Shown here: positions 1-12,294 of the stretch, in pieces
Numbering within the stretch: position 1 is the stretch's first letter
How the letters are laid out: each line of letters opens with the position of its first letter
Assembly: GCA_951406725.2 (NCBI GenBank)
Contig: OX597817.1
Span: forward strand, 5,270,001 to 5,334,000
Length of the DNA: 64,000 nt
Origin: Octopus vulgaris
Taxonomy: Eukaryota
Direction of reading: 5' to 3'
Made by a program: the position numbers and the translations under genes
Notes under the pieces: generated by a model
Told to the model about the DNA's origin: nothing
Database searches by the model: none
The model's input: only the letters and a program-made list of their open reading frames with translations

Positions 1-1667
1 GCATCAACACTACAAATGCCAACATTATTATTTACATAAAAGGAAGGACACATTGGAGTGTATAATCCTAGATACACTACATCTGAAATAAAAGATGTTT
101 ACAGCTTGAACGAAATTTTCGAGTGCTGCAGGATCAAGTTTAATTTATTGCTAAATTATAACAAGAATAGAATTACAGTGAACTTTGTTATCTACACCAA
201 CACCATTATACCTGCAAATAAACACAAACACTACTACCACCACACAACATTGCTACTACCACTGCCATCATAGTCACCACCAACGTCAATGTAAGTGCAT
301 AGTATAGTTCTCAACACCAAGACTTATGCCATTAAGAAACACCAGCACGTCCACAACAGCACTAGCGTACTCTGAATATTTTAATGTTAAAATGCAGGAC
401 AGTCTGAGAAAACAATATCTCTATTGTTACTCTCAGGCACACTCACACACATACATCTATATACATATGTAAAATGCACAGTCATACACAGACAAAAAGT
501 AACGAATTCAAATTGAGATACACTCATAGACATGCTTTCATATGTAAATACACGTAATCATACTCCTCTATCTATGACTGTATATATGTATATATATTAT
601 GTGTGTATTTGTGTTTGTAAAGCGTGTAAACATACATGCATAAGTATATACTAGGATATGCACTGGGAAGATTTCTCCCTGGATAACTGCAAAGCAAGTG
701 AATCTTATTTGTGCATTTATCGCAGTAATTAATTTGTATTACTAAAGTTATAATTGATTTGCGCTGTCTTACTTGATCTTTGATGATTTGCATTACGAAT
801 TTTTGCATATGTGTACACACACACACACACACACATACGATATATACAAAAAATATAAGTTATTCGGAGATAAAACTAAATTTACAAAGATTAAGAAACA
901 AAAATCAATGATAAGTAAATCAATTATATGTTATAGTTAAACAAATTAATTACTACAATAATTGCACAAATAAGGTTTCCTTACTTTCAACGTATTGAAG
1001 AATTCATCCCAGTATATATATATATATATATACAAGATATGATAAAAACGCATAAGAAAACTAATCCTTTCTACACACACATAATATCTCAAATAAATAT
1101 ACTTATTCATTTAGTCGCCAAACAAATAGCATTATCAAAAAATATACACAAATGAAAGGCGCTATCTGGCCATCAGAAGATTTTTTATAGATTTATATTA
1201 AATTCCTCACAAATTAGATGACTAAGCATGGAAACCATTCTCATGTTGCAATACAAAGCTAAAATAAACACACAAGCTCAGACATTTAAAAATTAACTTG
1301 TGACTGCTGACGTGTAAAGCTAAGAGCTAAAGCATTTTTGTTAGAGGTAAAATCTACAAACGAAACACAGAAGTGAAATGTATCTCATATCCTCATGATG
1401 CAACTGTGGAAGTCTAGAAACGTTGTTTATGGATCTAGGAACATTATACTTCCAAGCAAAGGACAAAAAATTGATAGAGAAATAAGAAAATTCTTTAATT
1501 CAAACAAAATAAAACTGCAACGTATTCATGTTGAAAATATATACATACATACAGGGTTGATAAAATAAGTACCAGCTAAGCACTGAGGACGATGTAATCG
1601 TCTTACCCACAACCTCCCTCAACCTGCTGGCCTTGTGTCAAAATTAGAAACCAATATATAAATACAT

Positions 1668-1878
1668 GAAGGTAGGGAACTTGCATAATCGTCAGCACGC
1701 CAGGCGAAATGCTTACCGGCATTTCGTCCGTCCTTACGTTGAGTTCAAATTCCGCCCAGGTCAACTGCTTTTCATCCTTTTGGGGTCGATAAAATATGTA
1801 TCAGTTGATCACTGGAATCGATTTAATCGATTTAGCACCTTCCTCGAAGTGGCTGGCCTGGTGTTAAAATTAGAAACC
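1668..1878 (+). mobile_element. tRNA-headed SINE, family C (degenerate); a partial 3' copy lies just upstream at ~1553-1655
   Basis: Head ...cagcacgccaggcgaaatgctta...gagttcaaattccgcc and core ctttcatccttttggggtcgataaaat match the copies at 11670, 30484, 30697 and 58592. Confidence 0.7.
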
Positions 1879-2019
1879 TATATATATATACATACATGTA
1901 AAATCACACACATGTGCGTGCATGGGAAGTTACAGATAAGATAGGATTAGGATGATGGCAGGATACAAGGAAATCCATAGAAATTAATGCATGTAGTGAG
2001 GAATAATTCCAATACAGAA

Positions 2020-2500
2020 CCACACACCCGCAAACGCGCACGGGCATGTACACACACACGCACGCCCAAACACACACACACAAACACGAACGCATAACCG
2101 CATACACATCCACGCACACAAACACCACATATACACACGTATACACGCACACACATATGCACATGCGCACGCGCACAAATGCGCACGTACACACATGCGC
2201 ACCCGCACACATGTACGCAGGAACACATACACATACAATAGGAATGCACGTACACAGACATACACACAGACACATATTTATTCAAATAAACGCCACACCA
2301 CATGGAGACGCATGTACGCCCACACACCTACTGGAATGCATTCACATAAGCAAACACCCGCACATTTACACACACTAATATAAACATAAACACTCACAAA
2401 CGGAAACGACGCAACCACAAAAACACGCACACTAGACCACACACACTCATGCACACACGCACACTCACACCACACACCCTCATCTCACACACATGCACAC
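2020..2500. repeat. Degenerate (CA)n/(CACG)-rich low-complexity tract
   Basis: Directly visible; source of the spurious VC/HT-rich ORFs. Confidence 0.85.
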
Positions 2501-3200
2501 AGGCAGATGCTCACATACCAACTCTCTTCTCCCCTCCCTCGTCCTCACATAAGGAACTATAACCGATAAATATTTAAAATCATGATAAGCTAATCCCAGC
2601 AGATCTGAGACCGAACTGACCTTCAAAAGCAAAGGCTCAACTCTTATTGAGGTCACTCATAGTTAATGCACACACACTCACAAGTACTCACACACACATA
2701 CAGGCAGTAGCAGAATTGTTTACACACAGCTATATACACGCGCACACACACGCACACACACAGAGTAAACTTTTGTTTATTCCCTCTCATACTCTATCCT
2801 GGAAACAAACAGACATCTACACACACTCAGATATATGACTAATTCTCACGCGGACCCAGAGTAGACCTTGAAGACAGAAAACATGTCATTGAAGAGATCG
2901 TGATTAGCCACGAAAGAACTTTGGCCAACAAACAACAGAATAATTTTCTAACCAGCATATTTAACAAATGATCAATTATTTAGTTGGGTAGATGTTTAAC
3001 CAACTGACTTACACTTTAGAAGAGGAAATGAAATGAACCAATGCGTGTGTTATTATTATTGGTGTAATACCCTTCCCAAAACAGAAGCTTTGTTTCAACA
3101 CATGAACTCCCTTCCAGGATCTTGCAAATCAAGTACAAAAACGAAGTATATATATATATATATAAATCGAGTTGATCGAAGATTTAATAAAATTCCTTTA

Positions 3201-3281
3201 CTTTCGACATATGTTTCGAAGACAACATGGTTTATTCCAAAGGAATAAACGGTGTAAGATGCAATCTTCTCATCAGGAAAG
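3201..3281 (-). ncRNA. Type I hammerhead ribozyme motif (intact core)
   Basis: Minus strand reads ctttc-CTGATGA-gaaga...(inner hairpin gtttattcc/ggaataaac)...tcttc-GAAA-catatg-TC-gaaag. Stem I ctttc/gaaag, stem II gaaga/tcttc, palindromic stem III, GUC cleavage triplet. Confidence 0.85.
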
Positions 3282-3619
3282 AAAGGGAGCCTCTCTCAAC
3301 AACAAGACAAAATAATAATTACGATGACTGCCTACATGATAAACAAAACGTTAATTCATTCACCCATCGAAATATATATATATAACTCCAAGAGAGTTAG
3401 AGATTGTGAATCCAACCTACTGAGAGATAATATCTATCCACTATACTGCTGGTAGAATATCCAATAATTAATACACAAGTGTTTTTTCATATCATGGCAA
3501 TTGCATAACAGAGTAGTACCAAAATATCCCTCATGCAATAAAAATAACTTTAACAGCAGTAAAAATGTAACACATCGGTTATGAATACCGAAATCCATTT
3601 ACAATATGGTGTAATGAGA

Positions 3620-3960
3620 AATGGTGAAGCAGGCTCGTACTTTATCATTGAATTACTTAAAACCCTTATAGGAGGTTACAATTTGTTTACAGAGATGACA
3701 CCATTGACAAGGGCAATGTTTACAGGTGAATGAAAATGTTTGAAGACGGCGAAAACAGCATTGAAGAAAACCAACTGAGCCGAATCGTTAACAAGAGGAC
3801 ATATTTTTTTCCTCCATACAGATGTCACAACGCGTAGACTTCATGCACAACTGGTCTGTACATTACAGAAGATTGTGGAAGCCATTGGGTATGGCAAAAT
3901 GCGTGCAGCGTAGGAACCTTGGACGTTGGTGTCCAACTTGAAGGGTAGAAGCGTTGGTAA
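3620..3960 (+). mobile_element. Highly degraded mariner transposase N-terminal remnant
   Basis: Manual translation gives RRLQFVYRDDTIDKGNVYR*MKMFEDGENSIEE (mariner HTH-like) and IVEAIGYGKMRAA*EP (LGYxKxxARWVP-like). Confidence 0.55.
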
Positions 3961-4237
3961 AAGTCTGCTGTTACCTACTGAAAACGTTTGCAGACAATGA
4001 AGACTCATTTTCCAGAGTTAGTGATGCGGAACTAATTTTATGAGTAGGAAATATTTATGTGATAAAGCAAAAAATGTAAAACGGATATTTTAAAAACCGC
4101 CCAATGATCTGCATAGGACAAAAACTGTCAAAGTGATGCATGTAAGTTTTGCTACCAAGCTGAAAATATTGGTTAGTATTTAAAAAAAACATAGAAATTA
4201 CATCGAGATCTTTTACTTACTATATACCAATATTTAA

Positions 4238-4421
4238 GTTTCTTTATTGGCCACACAGGGCTGCACACAGATGGGAGAAGTTACAAGGTAGAGCTTTTCT
4301 TTTGGGGGATGAAAAAAACAAAAAACAAAAGAAGAAAAAAGGTGGCGTAGGTTTTCGATCAAAAGGGATCGTAAAAGGGAAAAAGAAGAACAAAAAATAA
4401 ATAAATAAATAAATTTAAAAA
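4238..4421 (-). mobile_element. Short 5'-truncated retroposon 3' end with 14-bp TSD
   Basis: Flanked by ataccaatatttaa (4224-4237) and ataccagtatttaa (4422-4435). Minus-strand end tgtgtgcagccctgtgtggccaataaagaaa resembles the SINE family C tail. Confidence 0.65.
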
Positions 4422-4759
4422 ATACCAGTATTTAAACAAGAAAAACACCGACAAAAGTGGCACAATGACATACGATTAAGACATTGCTAAGATTTTGCTT
4501 CACATAGAATTCTGTGCAGTTAACATCATAGATTATCTTCATCAGAAACCACTTATTTGCATCCTACTTTATGTTAATAACTTCAGTGTATTATGAGAGA
4601 TACAAAACTGCGGAAGAATTGTGTTTAATAAATTTAAGTAAAACTAAAAAGAGCAACAACAAAAGAATTGTTTTGTATATTTAAGTACATTTATATTGTA
4701 TATAATATATAACTACATTCATATGATACATATGCAGATGGGCATACATGATATAAGTA

Positions 4760-4778
4760 TATTTAAATAATTATATAT

Positions 4779-4877
<99 letters not shown>

Positions 4878-5021
4878 TATATACTTTGATACTTTGATAC
4901 TTTGATATATATATATATATATATAACTGTATATGTGGGTGAGTATGTGTGTGTGTATAAATGTACATATGCAGATATACAGATATATATGCAGAAATCA
5001 ATTATACTCAAGAACATGTAA

Positions 5022-5084
<63 letters not shown>

Positions 5085-5310
5085 TATATAAGTACATATA
5101 TCCGTATACATATATACATACATATACATATATATATATATATTTATATACTTATATCCGTATACACATATATATACATATATATGTATATGTGTGCATA
5201 TATATGTATCTATATGTATATGTGTACATACCTAGATATATAGATATATATGTATGTATGTATATATATATATATATATGTATGTATGCATCCATGAATG
5301 TATGTATACA
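4760..5310. repeat. (TA)n / (TACA)n compound microsatellite
   Basis: Directly visible. Confidence 0.95.
4882..4907 (-). mobile_element. Tail-only remnant (TATCAAAG)x3 of the LINE family at 39812-42313
   Basis: tactttgatactttgatactttgata is the reverse complement of the tail at 42288-42313 and is also embedded in (TA)n. Confidence 0.65.
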
Positions 5311-5547
5311 TATTATCAAGCAAATTCGAGTCACGATATTTCTATCTTCGCAGGAATATTTATGATAACATCGACATTTCCGTTTTTATGTCGATAGCGT
5401 ATTATCTGAGGATGATATGTTTGACATTTCTAAAAGACTGAGCGATCACAGAGGTTAACAGTCGATTGATAGCCAATGCAGTGGCAGGATAGTTGTATTG
5501 ATATTTGTGTATGCATATTTATATGTATAATATATAGATATATGTTT

Positions 5548-5548
5548 G

Positions 5549-5630
<82 letters not shown>
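5548..5630. repeat. (TAGA)n microsatellite
   Basis: Directly visible. Confidence 0.95.
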
Positions 5631-5631
<1 letters not shown>

Positions 5632-5696
5632 ATATATGAATACATAGAGAGATGCATATATGTGTATATATCTATATATGTTGATGTGTATATAAA

Positions 5697-5794
<98 letters not shown>

Positions 5795-5801
5795 ATATAT
5801 A

Positions 5802-7047
5802 CAAGGATTGGACAAAATAATGTAAAAACCGTAAAATTTAAAACAAATTTACATGGGTATGGTGTAGGACCGCCTTTGGCAGTAATTACACCTTAAATTG
5901 TATGAGGTATGGACTCGCACAAAGTTTTCAAAGGGATTTTTGTCCATTCTTCAGCTAAAGCAGTCTCCAGTTCATGTAGTGATGATGGTGGAGTATATCG
6001 ACTCCTTACTTTTTTTTCTAAATTACTCCGTAAATATTCAATAATATTGAGATCTGGTGATTGGGGTGTCCAGATAAATTGTTCAACTTCACTAGAATGT
6101 TCCTCGTACCATTCAGTAACAATTTAGCTGTGTGAAATGATGCATTATCATCCTGAAAGATTGTATTTCCTTCGGAAACACTTCCGCAACCATAGGATGA
6201 ATTTGATCAGATAAAATGCTTAAATAGTCTTGACTATTAATTCTGCCATGAAGGAACCCATTGAGCCGGCAGATTTCGAAGAGCATCAAGATCCTCCTCT
6301 ATGTTTCACAGTTGGAAGAAGGCAGTCCGGGTCAAATGCTTCTTTTGGTTGTCTCCACACGAATACACGGCCGGTGGTCGGAAATAAGGTATAGGTTGTC
6401 TCCGAGAAAATAACATTCATCCATGGCTCTAGGGACCAATTCTGTAGGTTTTTACTCCACTCCAAAGGCTTTGCAACGTTTGTTGCAAAGTAGTGGTTTT
6501 CTGATTGCAGTCCTCCTATAAAATTCGGCTTTTTGTAGCTCCCGGCGAACAGTTTTTGTGGAAACTGGGTTCTCGTGGTGGTTATTAAGCTCTGCAATAA
6601 TTTTGGGAGCTGTACTTTCGTGATCCTTTCTAACAATTCGCATAAGAGTCCGACGGTCCCTTTCTGAAAGCTTTGGTTTTCTTCCGGAGTTTTGTTTCGA
6701 CGAGGAGATTTCCCCCCTCTTTCTTAAAGGTTGTCATTACTTTCGAGACAGTACTTCTTTATACACCAAACATTTCGGCTGTTTTCGTTACACAAGTGCT
6801 TTTCCATACGAGCACCAACAATTTGACCTCTTTGAAAGTCCGAGAGATCTGTGATTTTATTGAATTTCAATCAGCTTTATCTGATGATATCTGAAAAGAA
6901 ACAGCAATTTTAGCAAAACATATTAAAGCAACAGTAATAAAAATAAATCAAAAACACAAAAATAAACAAGCTTTTGACGGTTTTATAAATATTTCAAAAT
7001 TATGATGCTATAATTCTAGGTTTTTCCATTATTTTGTCCAACCCCTG
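5802..7047 (-). mobile_element. Tc1-family DNA transposon with both TIRs and a frameshifted transposase
   Basis: 29-bp TIRs CAAGGATTGGACAAAATAATGTAAAAACC / CAGGGGTTGGACAAAATAATGGAAAAACC (3 mismatches), TA flanks. Minus-strand motifs: VSTKTVRRELQK..RKPLL, WMNVIFSE, LPTVKHRGGS, FQDDNASFH, WTPQSPDLNIIEYL. Confidence 0.92.
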
Positions 7048-7309
7048 TATATATATATATATATATACATATACATACACACACACACACACAACACAAA
7101 GACAATCGCACACACGGTTGACAAATAGGCGCACATATACACACACCATCCTACCGGATTTTACAAACACACAGACACATCTATTCACACCAAATATGTA
7201 TATACACACACACAAAGACACACACACTCAAACTTTCTAGGTGTAATCCTATGGTCAGTCATGACCGAAGAGGGTCTCAGACTCAGATATATATATATAT
7301 ATGTAGAGG

Positions 7310-7337
7310 GAGAGAGAGAGAGAGAGAGAGATAGATT

Positions 7338-7428
<91 letters not shown>

Positions 7429-7433
7429 TGATT

Positions 7434-7476
<43 letters not shown>

Positions 7477-7494
7477 TGATAGATTGATATATAT

Positions 7495-7525
<31 letters not shown>

Positions 7526-7529
7526 GATT

Positions 7530-7596
<67 letters not shown>

Positions 7597-7600
7597 CACA
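7310..7600. repeat. (GA)n/(GATA)n compound microsatellite
   Basis: Directly visible. Confidence 0.95.
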
Positions 7601-7646
7601 TACATTTACACACATATACGTAAGTGTATGCATTTGTGCGTATGTG

Positions 7647-7683
<37 letters not shown>

Positions 7684-7858
7684 TTGCGTGTGTATGCGCG
7701 CATGTGCACGCGTATGCATTTATCATATCAAAAATGATAGTCTACTAGAGTTTATTCTGACATCTGGCTGAACCGTCGCACCCAGATAGCTCATCTTTTG
7801 ATAAGATAAACATACTTGTCCACTGTACTCAATGCACTGATTTCGATAACGCGTGATG

Positions 7859-7914
<56 letters not shown>

Positions 7915-7978
7915 ATCTCTTTTTCCCTCTCTCTCTTTCCATCTTTCTGTCTTTCTCTCTCCCTCTCTCTGTCTTTCT

Positions 7979-8067
<89 letters not shown>

Positions 8068-8072
<5 letters not shown>

Positions 8073-8345
8073 TTAGAGACAAAACCACTATTTTGCAAAT
8101 CAAACAAAGAAAGACTTAATCCAATACATTAAAAAATTTTAATATATATATATATTCGCCACTACAATTGTTTCATGTCTCTTCTCAGGACATTCATCAG
8201 GTGGATTTCAGATTCAGATATAGTCCAACACTTTGTCAGTTATTTTAGGCTCCATTTGTTGTCTTTATTTCCAATGTTTTTGGATGGATTTTGGAATAGT
8301 GTTTTATTGCTCTCACATGTTAAACCCTCTCTCTGTCTTTCTCTT
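8068..8345 (-). mobile_element. Short non-coding PLE-terminus-like module inserted in (TA)n
   Basis: (TA)n on both sides; contains a hammerhead at 8159-8204; start aattagagacaaaaccactattttgcaaatcaaaca is shared with 56553. Confidence 0.55.
8159..8204 (-). ncRNA. Type I hammerhead ribozyme motif (intact core)
   Basis: Minus strand reads ccac-CTGATGA-atgtc-ctgagaaga-gacat-GAAA-caattg-TA-gtgg. All three stems pair, stem III is palindromic, GUA triplet. Confidence 0.88.
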
Positions 8346-8378
8346 TATATATATATATATATATATTCATATATATAT

Positions 8379-8412
<34 letters not shown>

Positions 8413-9593
8413 CTTATAATGGCTAACATCATCGAATTTGTTTCCTTTTGAAATGCCCAAGACGCTGAAATACCGTATTTCTTCGAACTTAGATCGACGA
8501 TGTGTTCTCTATATATTGTGTCTATATACATGGTCCCTGTAGTGCTCTTGGAGATAAAATATGGTCGAATAGTTTCGAATTCTTTCCTGAATGACACCGA
8601 AACAGATAATGCAGTCTATCCATCTTACAGAAGCAGAGCACCAGTTAATGGAAGCTACCAAACCTTGACTACACAGCATGAAATTCGCAACAGATAGCTA
8701 GTTCCTCTCTGTTCATTCCTGTTGAATGTGTTTAATTCATACCTGAATTTCACGATCTACAATTCTATGAATTCATCAAATATGTTTAAATATGCATCAT
8801 GCTGTGATCTCACGCCGGAATGTTTGCTCTCGATTTAAATGATTCTAGCAAGAGCAATGCATCCCCAGCAATGAGGATTCCTAGTGCTTTTTGTTTTTCC
8901 CATTCATTAACATGTCACAATATTCATCAATTTGCTACTCACTTGAAAAATGGCCATGAATTATATTTCAATAATTATCGGTTTCACAAGCAGAAAATAC
9001 AAAGGACGCATTGCGGACAGTCTTTTCAAACATTAACAGTAAGGTACCTTTGAATAAACATTCCGTTCAATTATTCACGAATGCTATGGAAATGATGAAA
9101 GCTAGGTGTCGCTATAGAAAGCTGACCAGACATAAACTCTATCAGTATCGTGTGAAGAGAGTAAACTGTACTCCCAAGAATACCTCTTGCTACGAATTGT
9201 TCTCCTTAACCTGCAAAAACGTATTTCAGTATCTTCGAAGATTGTCTCTCATACAGGGAGAGACATAACTTATACAGTTATTGCTGGACAATGGTCCCTC
9301 GTCCAATAACGATCGATATTCTTCTATTTCAAAAATCTGCGAATTAGGTTGCCTTTCACCATCGTGTTAAATCCCTTTTGTTTTATCTTCGGTTCATATA
9401 TTGAGATGACGTGACAAAACGTTTCAAGCATCAAGCTCAACAGAGGTACCACGGCGGGAAATCTACCATGCAGCTTTCATCAATAAACTCAAATGTATAT
9501 TCAAGGTCGCTATGTGCGTGTACATCGCTATTTGTGCGGTTAATGCTGAACAAACCGAGCAAATAATATATAATGCAATAGTATATTAGTACA

Positions 9594-10433
9594 CAAGATG
9601 TAGTGAAAAAGTATCCGAACTTTGGCCAAACCATAAGTAATAATAAACAAAAATTACCATTTTCATTTAGGCTTCTTCAAAGTATTCGCCTTGGGAACCT
9701 ACACACCTCGGCCAGCATCCCTGCTACAGCCGAAAACATTTCTGGAAATCACTTTTTGGGATGCTGTAGAGCTGTACCGCCAAATTTTGCTTAATGTCCT
9801 CTGTTGACTCAAATCTTCTTCCTTTGAGTGTTTGTCTTTTTATTTTAGCTTTGGGAATAGCCAAAAATCACACAGAGTCAAGTCTGGGGAGTGGAAAACC
9901 TGACGAAAAAGTGGGACGTTTTGCTTGACAAGGAATGCTTCGATGACATGTGCAGAACAGAATGAGCGGGTACGTTGTCATGGTGGAGTTGTCAGTTGTT
10001 TGCTGATCACAGGTCGGGTCGTTTCACGAAGAACCCTCAGGTATCATTCTTGGTTAATTGTCTGGCCACAACATAGCTCACTGTCCGCTGAACTGCAACC
10101 ATCTTTGCACCGGTTGTACCACTCCTTTATTTGTGTTTTTTTTTTTGCATAGCCTCATCTCCAAAAGCTTTCTGAGTTTTCTCGATAGCCTGAGCTTGCG
10201 TATCAGCAAACTTTTGGCATGATTTGATACAGTATCTTTGCTCAATTCGCTCGGTCATCTTGACTCAAAAAGAAAAATTACCCACCACACGCTTCACGTC
10301 TGCTCTCAATGCGTCACTGCGGGCGAATGGCGCAATCTACAGACACGAAACTTTTTGTGCATACTCAGGAAGAACACGGCCACCTAATATACATGCAAAA
10401 ATCAAGGTCTGATACTTTTTTTACTACACCTTG
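9594..10433 (-). mobile_element. Internally deleted mariner transposon with TIRs
   Basis: TIRs caagatgtagtgaaaaagtatccgaactt and (rc) caaggtgtagtaaaaaaagtatcagacctt. Minus-strand motifs QLHHDNVPAHS, PDLT..DFWLFPKLK, IPKSDFQKCF..CWPRCVGSQGEYFEE. Confidence 0.85.
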
Positions 10434-10472
10434 TATGTAGTAAGTCCTTTGCACATTGCAGTCTCATATCAT

Positions 10473-10707
10473 GGGACTCATAGGGCTCGTTACCTGATTT
10501 CCATGCAGTATAAATGATGGAGATCATAACATTCCTTCTTGATGGATCACCTGTCCCTCGCAAGGTTACTCATTTACAGCAGAGTGGAATGGAGTAACGT
10601 GAAATGAAATATCTGGCTCAAGAACATGACTCACAGCTAGGTAGAAGAATCGAAACCACAGTCTTGCAATCGTGAGTGCAACAATCCTAGTCACAGGGCC
10701 ATGCGCC
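10473..10707 (-). mobile_element. tRNA-headed SINE, family B-related (same head, different 3' body)
   Basis: Head rc ggcgcatggccctgtgactaggattgttgcactcacgatt...ggtttcgattc; middle gagtggaatggagtaacgtgaaatgaa..gctcaagaaca resembles 19056-19394. Confidence 0.65.
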
Positions 10708-11669
10708 TCTTGTTAAATCTATACATATATATATGTGTGAGTATGTGTGTGTGTTGTATATACATGTATGTGCGTGTTTATACATGTCACTGGGCTAAGC
10801 CGCCAGCGGCACAGATCGATATCCGTTCTTGTGTAACACGCTGCATCCTGAAGATCTGAGAGATTCTCTGTAGCGTTTTGAAGTATGTTACAGGTGTTGC
10901 GCTACATACATACCTGTCTGTTTGATGTTAAGTGCAAAAAAATGAGACGATTGTAGAGATACTGTATAATCCATTCGTTTGTTTTTATTGTTATTTAACA
11001 CCAAGCTGAAGTTCTCTTGAAGACTGGATACTTTCGAAGTTGCGGAATACCAAGAACCACTGGATTTACTGGATTATTTACCTGTCTTTTTGAGTTTTAC
11101 CGCATCAGCATTAATGCAATGTACTTCACTTTGATATATTCCGATCTTAATTGATCTTGTTTAATACACACACACACACACACATACGCACTCACACACA
11201 CACACATACGCACTCACACACACACACACACACACACATACGCACTCACACACACGTGTTTCTCGCTTCTATAGAAATTCTATCGATTTATTCCGAATTA
11301 TTTTCAATTATTGATATTATTTTATTTTCTGTTATTGATAAAGTGGCCGCTTTCATTCATGTTTGTGTTAGTAAAATATGTCGAATCGTAAGCGAAAACA
11401 ACGTTCGTAATGCACAAATGATATTGGTTTCATGTTTATCAAGCAAAATCCCCTCTTAAAATTGCTCTTTGAGGGACACATTTACCATGTCCATTGCTGA
11501 TGCCTTAACTAAAGAAAGATTACCTTTTCTTTCTATCTCGTTACAAAATGTTAGCATAAACACGAGTTAAGAAGCTGATGTCCAAAGCAACAAAATAGCT
11601 GACCTTCACACAGAAAGACGCTCATGATTTGTCGCATAGCTTTAGTTCCTTTAATAATTACAGATAGTG

Positions 11670-11885
11670 AGGGTAGTGAGCTGGCAGAACTGTTTACACA
11701 CCGGGCACAATGCTTAGCGGCATTTCGTCCATCAACACGTTTTGAGTTCAAATTCCACCGAGGTTGACTTTGCCTTTCATCCTTTCAGGATCGATAAAAT
11801 AAGTACCGTCGAGTACTGAGATCAATGTAATCGGCTTACCCACTCCCTTGAAATTTTAAGACTTGTGCCAAAACGAAATCAATAA
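11670..11885 (+). mobile_element. tRNA-headed SINE, family C
   Basis: gagctggcagaa...gagttcaaattccaccgaggttgactttgcctttcatcctttcaggatcgataaaataagtacc. Confidence 0.8.
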
Positions 11886-12117
11886 TCAGTGCTAGGGTCT
11901 GATGGAAGTCTTCTAACAACACCAGAGCTATCCATCCTTTTTAATATATCACAATTCCTATAACATTCTACCAAGTGCTGTAGAACAATTTTCTGTGACA
12001 TTTTGCATTCATCTCGCACTGTCATTCAGTAGCCTTTAAGTTTTTGCCGAGTTCCCGAATGCCTGGTAAAGTTGCAACAATTGCATCATATCTGCTTATG
12101 TCTACGAAGAGGCATAA

Positions 12118-12294
12118 GATCGTTTGAAGCAAATAGTTTTAGAAAAAATCACTGAAGAAGATCATAACAACTTCATTAATCTAATGGAACGTCTGTTGTC
12201 TCAGTAATTTAGCGCCACAGAAGAGGAAGTCATTTTAAAATACAGAAACAAATATGAAAACCAGTTTTCACAAATTCAGATTGAAGAGCTTGAA
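12118..12294 (+). pseudogene. MRPS9: Probable pseudogene fragment of mitochondrial ribosomal protein S9 (uS9m)
   Basis: Manual translation DRLKQIVLEKITEEDHNNFINLMERLLSQ*FSATEEEVILKYRNKYENQFSQIQIEELE, with TAA at 12205-12207. From memory it resembles the metazoan MRPS9 segment before the S9 domain (human approx. [41 protein letters not shown]); not database-verified. Confidence 0.6.

Noticed and set aside
8440-9430. Possible ancient retroelement coding remnant (also 43960-44600)
   Set aside because: Only isolated motif-like scraps; no continuous frame could be reconstructed by eye
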